Shown: piece after piece, positions 28,155-35,968 of the stretch
Layout: each line of letters begins with the position of its first letter
Numbering within the stretch: position 1 is the stretch's first letter
NCBI GenBank assembly: GCA_016187515.1
Contig: JACPJN010000008.1
Location: forward strand, 4,525 to 68,524
Reading direction: 5' to 3'
Length of the DNA: 64,000 nucleotides
From: Candidatus Uhrbacteria bacterium
Lineage (GTDB): Bacteria; Patescibacteriota; Patescibacteriia; GWA2-47-26
Position numbers and translations under genes: made by a program
The notes under the pieces: model-generated
Database searches by the model: none
What the model was told of the DNA's origin: nothing
Seen by the model: the letters and a program-made list of their open reading frames with translations, nothing else

Positions 28155-28270
28155 TCCGGGGTGGCGCAGCGGTAGCGTACGCCTTGGGCGGGAGTCGTGC
28201 CTGTCCGCCTCTGGCGGAGGTTCTGCGCCTTAGGCGCACTCGCCTATGGCGAGGAATCCTTACGTCGTGT
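28155..28270 (+). other. tRNA-like fragment: first ~25 nt identical to the tRNA-Asn 5' half, followed by three tandem triloop mini-hairpins (CCGCC-TCT-GGCGG, TGCGCC-TTA-GGCGCA, CTCGCC-TAT-GGCGAG). Not a canonical tRNA
   Basis: No anticodon or T arm can be folded. Identity with 28293-28317 read directly from the sequence. Confidence 0.3.
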
Positions 28271-28292
28271 ATAAATATATCGAGTTTCAGGC

Positions 28293-28364
28293 TCCGGGGT
28301 GGCGCAGCGGTAGCGCAGCTCCCTGTTAAGGAGTTGGTCGTGGGTTCGAATCCCACCCCCGGAG
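28293..28364 (+). tRNA. tRNA-Asn (anticodon GTT)
   Basis: Manual cloverleaf: acceptor TCCGGGG/CCCCGGA, D arm GCGC-AGCGGTA-GCGC, anticodon arm GCTCC-CTGTTAA-GGAGT, T arm GTGGG-TTCGAAT-CCCAC, discriminator G. 72 nt. Confidence 0.85.
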
Positions 28365-28510
28365 CCTGAAACTTACTATGTTCCATGTATATATCATCCA
28401 AAATCTTACTCGTGGTACGCGTTATGTGGGTAGTGCCGAGGATGAGGAATCCCACTCTCGGAGGCATAGTGAGAATTAAATTTCAATATTCTTCACTCGA
28501 CCCCCAAGCC

Positions 28511-28557
28511 CAACCGGGCTGATTTTTGTTTTTGAGGTGGTAGAGTGGGGGAATATG
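28511..28557 (+). promoter_or_regulatory. conserved box: small terminator hairpin (AGCCCAACCGGGCT) + TTGATT-17nt-TAGAGT promoter-like spacing, ending GGGGGAATATG (probable leaderless start). Copies at 29551-29599, 29841-29913, 31165-31213; variant at 28753-28809
   Basis: Four to five near-identical copies. Each precedes either an S element or a cassette gene ATG. Confidence 0.4.
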
Positions 28558-28580
28558 TTTGAAATACAAAACAAAGTGCA

Positions 28581-28752
28581 TTCTGCAATTCTGCGGAATC
28601 GCAGACCAAGAGGTGGGGAGGTGGGGGTCAACTCAATATCACCACCGCATCCCCCAAATGTCATCCCCGAGCGGCATCGGGGATCCAGTCAATTTCCCCT
28701 CTCCGACCGAGGTCGGAGGGATTAAGGCCTGCCTGCGCAGGCAGGGGTGGTT
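28581..28752 (+). repeat. S element copy 1: ~170-nt GC-rich structured repeat with four predicted hairpins
   Basis: TCTGCGGAATCGCAGA, TCCCCGAGCGGCATCGGGGA, CTCCGACCGAGGTCGGAG, GCCTGCCTGCGCAGGCAGG. About 90-95% identical to 29621-29820 and 30891-31089. Confidence 0.7.
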
Positions 28753-28806
28753 TTACTGCTCAAAGAGGGTTTACTTCAATGCTAAAAAGTGGTAGGATGG
28801 GGGAAT

Positions 28807-29415
28807 ATGAATCAGGAGGAAATTAAAAAGTTCTTGGAGTCATTTCAATCAAGGCAAGACAGGACTATCGTGATTGTTGATTATGGAAATGTAGAAAAGT
28901 GGAAAAATAGCTTAGGTTGGAAAGTTGGTATTAAGCAGTTGGGTAATCTTGTAAAACACTTTTCCAGCGGCAAGCAATTTTTACGTAGATTCTACTACGG
29001 GTCAGATTATGGGAAGAATGAGCGATCAACTTTGCGGTCCGAGTGGTCACGCTCGGCTACCGATCGCGCAAAGATGAACCGTTTTGAGGTGGTGACGAAA
29101 CGCGTCAAATGTATGCATAGCCAATCCAGCAAATATGGCTTTGAAAAGAAATGCGACTTAGATGTGGAGATGACCGTTGATCTTATCAAGGAGCGTGATA
29201 ATTATGACACGATTATTATCTTTTCAGGTGACGGAGACCTAATGTATGCAATTCGATATTTACGCGACATGTATGACAAGAAGTGTATTGTGTTTGGAGC
29301 CCGCGGACATATTGGGAGAGAGGTATTTGATGCGAAAGTTGAGGGGTTTGTAAATAATATTTTGTTTGCTGATGACTTTGAATATCGCCTTAATGACGCA
29401 CGATTTCGATGCTAA
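28807..29415 (+). CDS. NYN-domain (LabA-like, PIN-fold) putative RNase; cassette gene 1
   Basis: IVIVDYGNV ... CDLDVEMTVD ... IIIFSGDGDLMYA acidic motifs of NYN/LabA domains. Start taken at the ATG of the conserved box (ORF-track GTG at 28789 is in frame). Confidence 0.65.
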   Translation: MNQEEIKKFLESFQSRQDRTIVIVDYGNVEKWKNSLGWKVGIKQLGNLVKHFSSGKQFLRRFYYGSDYGKNERSTLRSEWSRSATDRAKMNRFEVVTKRVKCMHSQSSKYGFEKKCDLDVEMTVDLIKERDNYDTIIIFSGDGDLMYAIRYLRDMYDKKCIVFGARGHIGREVFDAKVEGFVNNILFADDFEYRLNDARFRC

Positions 29416-29620
29416 AAATCAAAAACCCGCCCAAATAGGCGGATTTTGATCAAAATGGGGTAAGCCCAAAGCTTACATTAATAATGTATCAAGCAAGCGC
29501 TGATTTGTCAATAGTTTTATCCACATGCGGTTTTTGGTTGAAAATCAGGCCATTCGGGCTTGAGTTTTTGTTTTTGAGGTGGTAGAGTGGGGGAATATGG
29601 CAATGCACAATTGAACACTC

Positions 29621-29855
29621 GGTCTGCGATTCGCGCGAATCGCAGACCGAGAGGTGGGGAGGTGCGGGTCAACTCAATATCACCACCGCATCCCCCAAAT
29701 GTCATCCCCGAGCGGCATCGGGGATCCAGTCAATTTCCCCTCTCCGACCGAGGTCGGAGGGATTAAGGCCTGCCCGCCAATCGCCTGACGGCTCAAGCCG
29801 GATGGCAGGCGGGGGTGGTTGCCAACCGCCCGCCCCAAGCCCCAATCGGGCTTGA
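29621..29855 (+). repeat. S element copy 2 (with an extra 3' extension carrying a GGTTGCCAACC hairpin and a terminator-like AGCCCCAATCGGGCT + T-run)
   Basis: Aligns with copies 1 and 3. An indel in the GCCTGCC..GGCAGG arm. Confidence 0.7.
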
Positions 29856-29910
29856 TTTTTTGTTTTTCAAGGGTTTACTTCAATGCTAAAAGGTGGTAGA
29901 GTGGGGGAAT

Positions 29911-30627
29911 ATGAATGAGGAGGAAAAAATAAGAGAGATGGCCATCGAGTTTGCGAAGCGAAATAAAAAGCGTATCGCAAAAGTACTGACTGATCCAAAG
30001 GTGTATGCGCCGGATCCTAATCCGATATCGGTGTTTATGGCTGGTTCTCCCGGCGCGGGGAAAACGGAATTGTCAAAAAACCTGATTGATCTTTTGGAAC
30101 GGGAACGAGAGCGCCGCGTCATTCGTATTGATGGCGATGAAGTCCGTCCGCTTATCCCCGGATATACCGGGGTAAATTCAAACTTATTTCATGGCGCTAT
30201 ATCTCTTATCGTTGAAAAAATGCAGGATTTGGCGTTGCATCAAGGTCAAACGTTTATATTGGACGGAACCATGGCAAATACTAATAAAGCAGTTGATAAT
30301 GTGCAGAGGTCGCTCGATAAGAATCGCACGGTTATAGTGTTTTATGTTTACCAACGACCCGAAGTCGCTTGGCAGTTTACACAAGCTCGCGAAGCGAAAG
30401 AAGGAAGGAATATACCCAAGTCGGCATTTATTGAACAATTCTTTGGTGCAAAGGATACCGTGCGCCGCGTTCATGAATTATTTCCAAGGAACGTAATGAC
30501 GTTTCTCGTAAAAAAGGATTTCAAAAATCGGACAGTTGAACATGTTAAGCTTGAGCATTCCGGTGCCGCGCTTGACACATATATCGGGGAGACGTATACT
30601 AAAGATGAACTTGAGCAACACTTATGA
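29911..30627 (+). CDS. zeta-toxin-like P-loop kinase (AAA/Zeta_toxin family); cassette gene 2
   Basis: Walker A MAGSPGAGKTEL, Walker B-like FILDGT, and overall similarity to zeta toxin / UDP-GlcNAc kinases. Confidence 0.6.
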   Translation: MNEEEKIREMAIEFAKRNKKRIAKVLTDPKVYAPDPNPISVFMAGSPGAGKTELSKNLIDLLERERERRVIRIDGDEVRPLIPGYTGVNSNLFHGAISLIVEKMQDLALHQGQTFILDGTMANTNKAVDNVQRSLDKNRTVIVFYVYQRPEVAWQFTQAREAKEGRNIPKSAFIEQFFGAKDTVRRVHELFPRNVMTFLVKKDFKNRTVEHVKLEHSGAALDTYIGETYTKDELEQHL

Positions 30628-30806
30628 AATTATTCAATATTTTTAAAAAACCAACTGAAGCCAAGCGTTCAGGGGGTTTTTCCGATTTCTTTTTGCATGC
30701 AAACGAAGAAGAAAAACGCAGAGTTATTGAAGAGGCCGCGCGGCGGGCCAACGAGGATCAACGCCGTCTGGTTGAACAATACGAAGCCCAAAAGAAAACC
30801 GCCTAA
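30624..30806 (+). CDS. small charged protein (60 aa) translationally coupled (ATGA overlap) to the zeta-like kinase; possible cognate antitoxin/partner
   Basis: Overlapping stop/start. Highly charged, helical sequence EEEKRRVIEEAARRANEDQRRLVEQYEAQKK. Confidence 0.35.
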   Translation: MKLFNIFKKPTEAKRSGGFSDFFLHANEEEKRRVIEEAARRANEDQRRLVEQYEAQKKTA

Positions 30807-30821
30807 CCCGGGCGGTTTTTT
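30795..30821 (+). terminator. rho-independent terminator (ACCGCC-TAACCCG-GGCGGT + TTTTTT)
   Basis: Stem-loop plus T-run; contains the stop codon of the small ORF. Confidence 0.6.
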
Positions 30822-30890
30822 AGTACATCATAGAAACAGCCATGCTCACAGCTCACAAATCACCAAGCTCACAAAGGGCTTGATTTTTTC

Positions 30891-31089
30891 TATTCTGCGA
30901 TTCTGCGGAATCGCAGACCAAGAGGTGGGGAGGTGCGGGTCAACTCAATGTCATCACCGCGCCCCCCAATGTCATCCCCGACCTGATCGGGGATCCAGTC
31001 AATTTCCCCTCTCCGACCGAGGTCGGAGGGATTAAGACCTGCCCGCCAATCGCCTGACGGCTCAAGCCGGATGGCAGGCGGGGGTGGTT
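30891..31089 (+). repeat. S element copy 3, followed by a half copy of the family-1 palindromic element (31111-31150) and the conserved box
   Basis: Aligns with copies 1-2. A frame-breaking difference relative to copy 1 shows it is non-coding. Confidence 0.7.
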
Positions 31090-31210
31090 GCAAACAATCC
31101 GCCAATCAATTCCTCCCCTTAAGGTAAGGGGAGGCGAGGAGGGGTTATGCTTCCGTCTCAATCCCAATCGGAGTTGATTTTTTGTTTTTGAGGTGGTAGG
31201 ATAGGGGAAT

Positions 31211-31915
31211 ATGGAGGACACAAATCAAACTACAAACAAGGCCTTTACAATCCATGATCTGCCTTTTGAGGAGCGTCCGCGAGAGCGACTGGCGCAACTT
31301 GGTGAACAAGCGCTTTCAGCACAGGAATTGTTGCAGATTATTCTTGGCCGAGGCGTGGCCGGAGAATCAGTCGCGGTAACTTCCCAAAAGTTAATTTCAC
31401 GCTTTGGCAGTCTTCCAAAACTATCCGAAGCAAGTGTTGAAGAATTATCGCAGATAAAAGGCATTGGTCTTGCGAAAGCCGCTCAAATTAAAGCCGCGTT
31501 TGAAATCGGGCGGCGGGTTTCCACGCAGACCGCGCCTTACAAAAGCAAAGAGCTGAATGATCCTGAAAAAGTATTTCGGCTGATAAAAAGCAAACTCAAG
31601 GATTATCACAAAGAGCATTTTTACATTATTCCCATCAATAGTAGGAATTGGTCGGTGGCGGAAGTATCCATTGGCACACTTAACGCCAGCTTAGTGCATC
31701 CCCGCGAGGCATTTTCGCAAGCGATAAAGGCGAACGCCGCCTCGGTAATTTTCGCGCACAACCACCCGTCCGGAGATCCTGAACCTTCCGAAGACGACCT
31801 TGCAATCACAAAACGACTGGTTGAGGCGGGAAAACTGCTAGGAATTGAAGTGTTGGATCACCTTGTTGTCGTTCAAAATGGATTTTTTAGTTTCAAGGAG
31901 AAAGGCCTGATTTAG
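31211..31915 (+). CDS. radC: RadC-like JAB/MPN domain protein (UPF0758); cassette gene 3
   Basis: HhH region (GIGLAKAAQIKAAFEIGRR) and JAMM-like motif SVIFAHNHPSGDPEPSEDDLAITKRL. Confidence 0.75.
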   Translation: MEDTNQTTNKAFTIHDLPFEERPRERLAQLGEQALSAQELLQIILGRGVAGESVAVTSQKLISRFGSLPKLSEASVEELSQIKGIGLAKAAQIKAAFEIGRRVSTQTAPYKSKELNDPEKVFRLIKSKLKDYHKEHFYIIPINSRNWSVAEVSIGTLNASLVHPREAFSQAIKANAASVIFAHNHPSGDPEPSEDDLAITKRLVEAGKLLGIEVLDHLVVVQNGFFSFKEKGLI

Positions 31916-32052
31916 TTATACACAGCCGGAGTTTGACAGAATTCAGGATGTACATTATTATGTACATATCATCATTTTAAAAATGATGCGGGATAAAACC
32001 CTGTAAAAATGTTTCTCGCAGTACGTAACTGCAGTTAACAAACGGAAACGCT

Positions 32053-32424
32053 ATGAATACTAAGACCACCATATCCATATCCGAGGCAAGGAAAAATATT
32101 TTTGACATCGCAGATGATGTTCAAAAACCAAATAATTATTACACACTAACCGAAAACGGACGGCCTAAGGCAGTCATTCTTTCGGCTGAAGAATTTGAGT
32201 CATGGCAGGAAACTCTTGAGGTAATGCGCGATTTTCCGGATTTGGATAAGGACGTAAAGGAAACGGATCGTGCGGTTGCAAGCGGTGAATGCAAGAAATG
32301 GGCGACTCTTGATGATATTCTTGCCAAAGAAGGATATATTGTGGCGGACCGGCCTAAACAAAAATATGGAGTATCAACTAAGGTTCAAATCAAGCGCGGA
32401 AAGAGAGTTAGAAAAAATAGATAG
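32053..32424 (+). CDS. Phd/YefM-family type II antitoxin
   Basis: N-terminus TISISEARKNIFDIADDV..YTLTENGRPKAVILSAEEFESWQETLEV is typical of YefM/Phd. Confidence 0.65.
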   Translation: MNTKTTISISEARKNIFDIADDVQKPNNYYTLTENGRPKAVILSAEEFESWQETLEVMRDFPDLDKDVKETDRAVASGECKKWATLDDILAKEGYIVADRPKQKYGVSTKVQIKRGKRVRKNR

Positions 32425-32617
32425 TCGTTATAAACCCCGCATCCTTGAGGCAATCGTCAGCATTAGGCAGGATCCCTATATTGGCAAGAAATTAGAGGGG
32501 GATAGAAAAGGAGAATGGTCATATCGCGTATGGCCATATCGTATTATTTATCGCATTTACAAACACGAATTGTTGATAATCATCATCCGCATCGGGCACC
32601 GGCAGGGGGTGTATTAA
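32366..32617 (+). CDS. RelE/ParE-family type II toxin (overlaps the antitoxin 3' end in another frame)
   Basis: C-terminal WSYRVWPYRIIYRIYKHELLIIIIRIGHRQGVY matches RelE/ParE. Start taken at the internal ATG 32366 of the 32270 ORF. Confidence 0.6.
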   Translation: MEYQLRFKSSAERELEKIDSRYKPRILEAIVSIRQDPYIGKKLEGDRKGEWSYRVWPYRIIYRIYKHELLIIIIRIGHRQGVY

Positions 32618-32620
32618 AAT

Positions 32621-35023
32621 ATGACACAATATAAAAATCTGGAAGAAAAAATTGGTGCATACCTGGACAGCAATGAAAAACAGACTGTCAATTTTAAGGC
32701 CAGTGATTGGAGTGTTGTGTATGGTAATAAAATTAAACAGCATAAGGTTGTAAATAAAGTTACAGGAGATGAGGAATTTGTACGAATGTATTTGGTTTCA
32801 AAATTAGTGAACGAATTAGGGTATAAAGATGAAAATATTGAACTCGAAAAAACTTACCAAGCAGGACGACCCAAAACTATAAAGCCTAGGATTGACGTTA
32901 TTGTAAAAGATTCAAAAGGCAATCCTTTCTTTTTTATAGAGATTAAAGCTCCTGAAGAATTTGAAGCGGGTAAAAGTTTGATTGAAGATCAACTCTTCGG
33001 GTTGGCGGCGTTGGAGGAGGGAAAGTACGGTACGAATATAAAATATTTAGTTTACTTTTCAGTTGACGTCAATGATGTTGGTGCAATTAGAGATAAGTTA
33101 ATTGTGATTGATTACCAAAAATACCGTACATATGAGGTATGGGAAAAAGATGGTTTTCTGTCAGTAGCGGATGAATTGCCCGCGCGATACGAAATGGCAC
33201 AGAAAGAACCCTATATAAAAGGTGGCAAGAAGGATTTACTAAAAACTTTTGATAAAACTGATTTGAATTCCTTACGTGCAAACTTGCACAATGTACTATG
33301 GGGTGGTGGCGGTACAGATGATAATGACGTATTCGCCTATTTGGTAAATATAGTATTGGCCAAGATTCAAGATGAAGGTGAAAAAGCAGATGGTGAAAAA
33401 TATGATTTTCAGATCTTTACCTATGAAAAACAAGGGGGTGAAAAGTTTGAAAGCGATGAAGAGCTTTTCGAGAGAATTAATGGACTATATAGGCGAGCAC
33501 TCAAACAAAGACTGTATATAACCGATGAGGCGAAGTTAAAAAAGAGTTTTGTTATTGATGAAAACAAATTTTCTTTGAACAAATTAAAATATGCGGTTGG
33601 TGCATTAGAAAAATATTCTTTTGTTGATGGAAAAAATAATTTTGATGGCAAAGATATTTTGGGCGACTTTTTTGAGGGTATTATTCGTGAGGGGTTTAAA
33701 CAGACAAAGGGTCAATTTTTTACGCATATCAATGTGGTCCGGTTCATGCTTTGGGGTCTGCAGCTTGATAAGCTCGCCATTGAAAGGGTAAATAAGGATG
33801 TTGAACTGCCGTATCTTATTGATCCAAGTGCAGGCAGTGGCACATTTCTTATTGAATACATGAAATTTATTACTGACAATCTCAAGCGGAGATTTAGGAA
33901 TCAACTTGCGAAAAAACGAGATGTCGAGGATAAATTTCATCAGTGGTTTTTACCAGACCATCGTGAGAATAAATGGGCAGAAAAATTTATCTACGGTGTA
34001 GAGATAAATTTTAATCTCGGAACTGCTACTAAGGTGAACATGATCCTGCATGGTGACGGTTCCACCAATGTTTTTGTCAAGGATGGTCTTTTGCCATTTC
34101 GATTTTATGATAAGGAGACGGCACCGAATTTTCTTAAGCAATACGAGGAAGAAAAGACGTATTTTGATAAGGAGGTAAATGCGCAATTTGATGTAGTCAT
34201 TAGCAATCCACCCTTTAGTGTTGATTTGGATAATGAAACAAAAAAGAGTGTGAAGAAGGAGTTTATCTTTGGTGATAAAAAGAACTCGGAAAATTTGTTT
34301 ATAGAAAGGTGGTATCAATTACTGCGTGAAAATGGCCGACTAGGAGTTGTTTTGCCCGAAAGCGTGTTTGACACCACGGAAAACAAATATATCCGCCTGT
34401 TCATCTATAAATATTTCAAAGTAAAAGCAGTCGTGAGTTTGCCCCAGCTTACCTTTGAGCCATTTACTTCCACTAAAACCAGCCTGCTTTTCGCCCAAAA
34501 GAAAACCAAAGCAGAAATAGAAGAATGGAATAAACTCTGGAGCAAATACTCAAACGAATGGAGCGCGCTCAAAACCCGATGTGAAAATCTACTTGCTGTA
34601 TACCTTGAAGACAAAGACAGAAAAAAACTGCCCTCGATTAAGGATCTGAAAGAAGCTGAAGAAAAGCAAATTCTCGCGCGAATGCTCAAGGATTATCTTG
34701 AAGAAGACGACAAGAAGCTTTCTGCTAAGGCGCTGGTAGAAAAGTATCAAGACGAGCTCAAAGAGCTTTGCAAATACGATAATGACACCAAGGACGCATT
34801 TGGCTTTGTAAATACTTGGTGGGTATTTGGCGAAGTGGCAAAAGAGCTCAATTACAAAATCTTTATGGCGGAAGTGGAAAATGTGGGCTACAAGCGCACC
34901 AAGCGCGGCGAAAAACCGATGTCAAACGAACTATATCGCACAAACAGCAAGGGTGAGATTTTGATTGATGACGGCGAAACCAGAACCGCGCTGGATTATA
35001 TGAGAAAAATTGAGTGGGAGTAA
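32621..35023 (+). CDS. restriction-modification enzyme: N-terminal PD-(D/E)xK nuclease-like domain (HsdR_N-like, ..RIDVIVKD..FFFIEIK..) fused to a gamma-class N6-adenine DNA methyltransferase
   Basis: MTase motif I IDPSAGSGTFL and motif IV VISNPPF. N-terminal D..EIK nuclease motif. Followed by a specificity-subunit gene, giving a Type IIB/IIG- or Type I-like architecture without a separate HsdR. Confidence 0.7.
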   Translation: MTQYKNLEEKIGAYLDSNEKQTVNFKASDWSVVYGNKIKQHKVVNKVTGDEEFVRMYLVSKLVNELGYKDENIELEKTYQAGRPKTIKPRIDVIVKDSKGNPFFFIEIKAPEEFEAGKSLIEDQLFGLAALEEGKYGTNIKYLVYFSVDVNDVGAIRDKLIVIDYQKYRTYEVWEKDGFLSVADELPARYEMAQKEPYIKGGKKDLLKTFDKTDLNSLRANLHNVLWGGGGTDDNDVFAYLVNIVLAKIQDEGEKADGEKYDFQIFTYEKQGGEKFESDEELFERINGLYRRALKQRLYITDEAKLKKSFVIDENKFSLNKLKYAVGALEKYSFVDGKNNFDGKDILGDFFEGIIREGFKQTKGQFFTHINVVRFMLWGLQLDKLAIERVNKDVELPYLIDPSAGSGTFLIEYMKFITDNLKRRFRNQLAKKRDVEDKFHQWFLPDHRENKWAEKFIYGVEINFNLGTATKVNMILHGDGSTNVFVKDGLLPFRFYDKETAPNFLKQYEEEKTYFDKEVNAQFDVVISNPPFSVDLDNETKKSVKKEFIFGDKKNSENLFIERWYQLLRENGRLGVVLPESVFDTTENKYIRLFIYKYFKVKAVVSLPQLTFEPFTSTKTSLLFAQKKTKAEIEEWNKLWSKYSNEWSALKTRCENLLAVYLEDKDRKKLPSIKDLKEAEEKQILARMLKDYLEEDDKKLSAKALVEKYQDELKELCKYDNDTKDAFGFVNTWWVFGEVAKELNYKIFMAEVENVGYKRTKRGEKPMSNELYRTNSKGEILIDDGETRTALDYMRKIEWE

Positions 35024-35966
35024 ATCTATGTTTAAGCTTTGGAGTGAGCAAAATAATGAGGCGAAACAATTACTGAGTCCCAACCTTGATTTAAGGAGTT
35101 GGGACGATCTTTCAAATGAAGAAAAGGAAAAGATGTGGAATTTCCTTAAAGAATGGTTTAATCGCGAGGATGACCCGCGAGTTTTACTCGCGATTATTCA
35201 TTTAAATGAAGTGCATAAATTTAGGTCGTATGCGAGGGCGACGTTAGAGCATCCTTCTCCGAGGAGTTCCTCTGCGGATTTTAAGAATATATTTTTTAAT
35301 GAGAGCCGCCATGTTGTATTAGAATGCTTATCCTGCTTTTGCAAATCTGTTCTCGACGAACGCCGGCGTGATAGCGGGAGAATTTATCGACATGATTATG
35401 ATTCAGATGAAGAATACATGGAGGCATTGACCAGATGGCGATTTAACGAATTTGATAAATTCACAGAGAGAATCAATGATGTCTTTGAACATTTCAGTAT
35501 TAATTTGATTCTTACTCGAAGCGGATTTATTGATAGACAGGATCCGAAAGTAGTGCAGGAAATTTATGTACCAGTTTTAAATTTTCTTTCCTTGCCGAAA
35601 TGGAGAGATGTTAACAGAGACCTCAGTGATGCCTTCAAGGAATATCAAATAAAGACCGCGCAGAGTTATAGTAATTGCATCACGCATGCGGTCTCAGGCG
35701 TGCAGGCTTTTTTGCAGATTTTGGTGCATGAGCAAACAGGCGGCGAATATGGTATTAGCAACCTTATAAAACAAGCGCAAGAAAAAGGTCTCATTCCGGA
35801 GGATAAATTTTCCAATGCCATTTTTAAAAACGTAGAAACAATTTTGATGGGTGAGAGAGGGAAAACTGGAGATGCTCATCCAAAGCAAGAATATGCGAAT
35901 GAAAAGAACGCTCGTTTGGTCTTAAATTTGATTATGATATTCATCCAGCACTGTATTCAGAAATAA
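35010..35966 (+). CDS. hypothetical 318-aa protein embedded between the MTase and S genes; candidate accessory defence gene
   Basis: 14-nt overlap with the MTase stop; the S gene starts 3 nt after its stop (tight operon). No recognisable motif. Confidence 0.4.
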   Translation: MSGSKSMFKLWSEQNNEAKQLLSPNLDLRSWDDLSNEEKEKMWNFLKEWFNREDDPRVLLAIIHLNEVHKFRSYARATLEHPSPRSSSADFKNIFFNESRHVVLECLSCFCKSVLDERRRDSGRIYRHDYDSDEEYMEALTRWRFNEFDKFTERINDVFEHFSINLILTRSGFIDRQDPKVVQEIYVPVLNFLSLPKWRDVNRDLSDAFKEYQIKTAQSYSNCITHAVSGVQAFLQILVHEQTGGEYGISNLIKQAQEKGLIPEDKFSNAIFKNVETILMGERGKTGDAHPKQEYANEKNARLVLNLIMIFIQHCIQK

Positions 35967-35968
35967 CT

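Noticed and set aside
28155-28270. Second intact tRNA gene upstream of tRNA-Asn
   Set aside because: Only the 5' acceptor and D-arm portion is tRNA-like. No anticodon stem or T arm (GTTCGAAT-type loop) can be formed.
28500-31220. Possible CRISPR array (regularly spaced, highly similar repeats)
   Set aside because: Repeats are about 170-230 nt, not 24-48 nt. The spacers are full genes with their own starts. No cas1 or other cas genes adjacent. The pattern fits a cassette array, not CRISPR.
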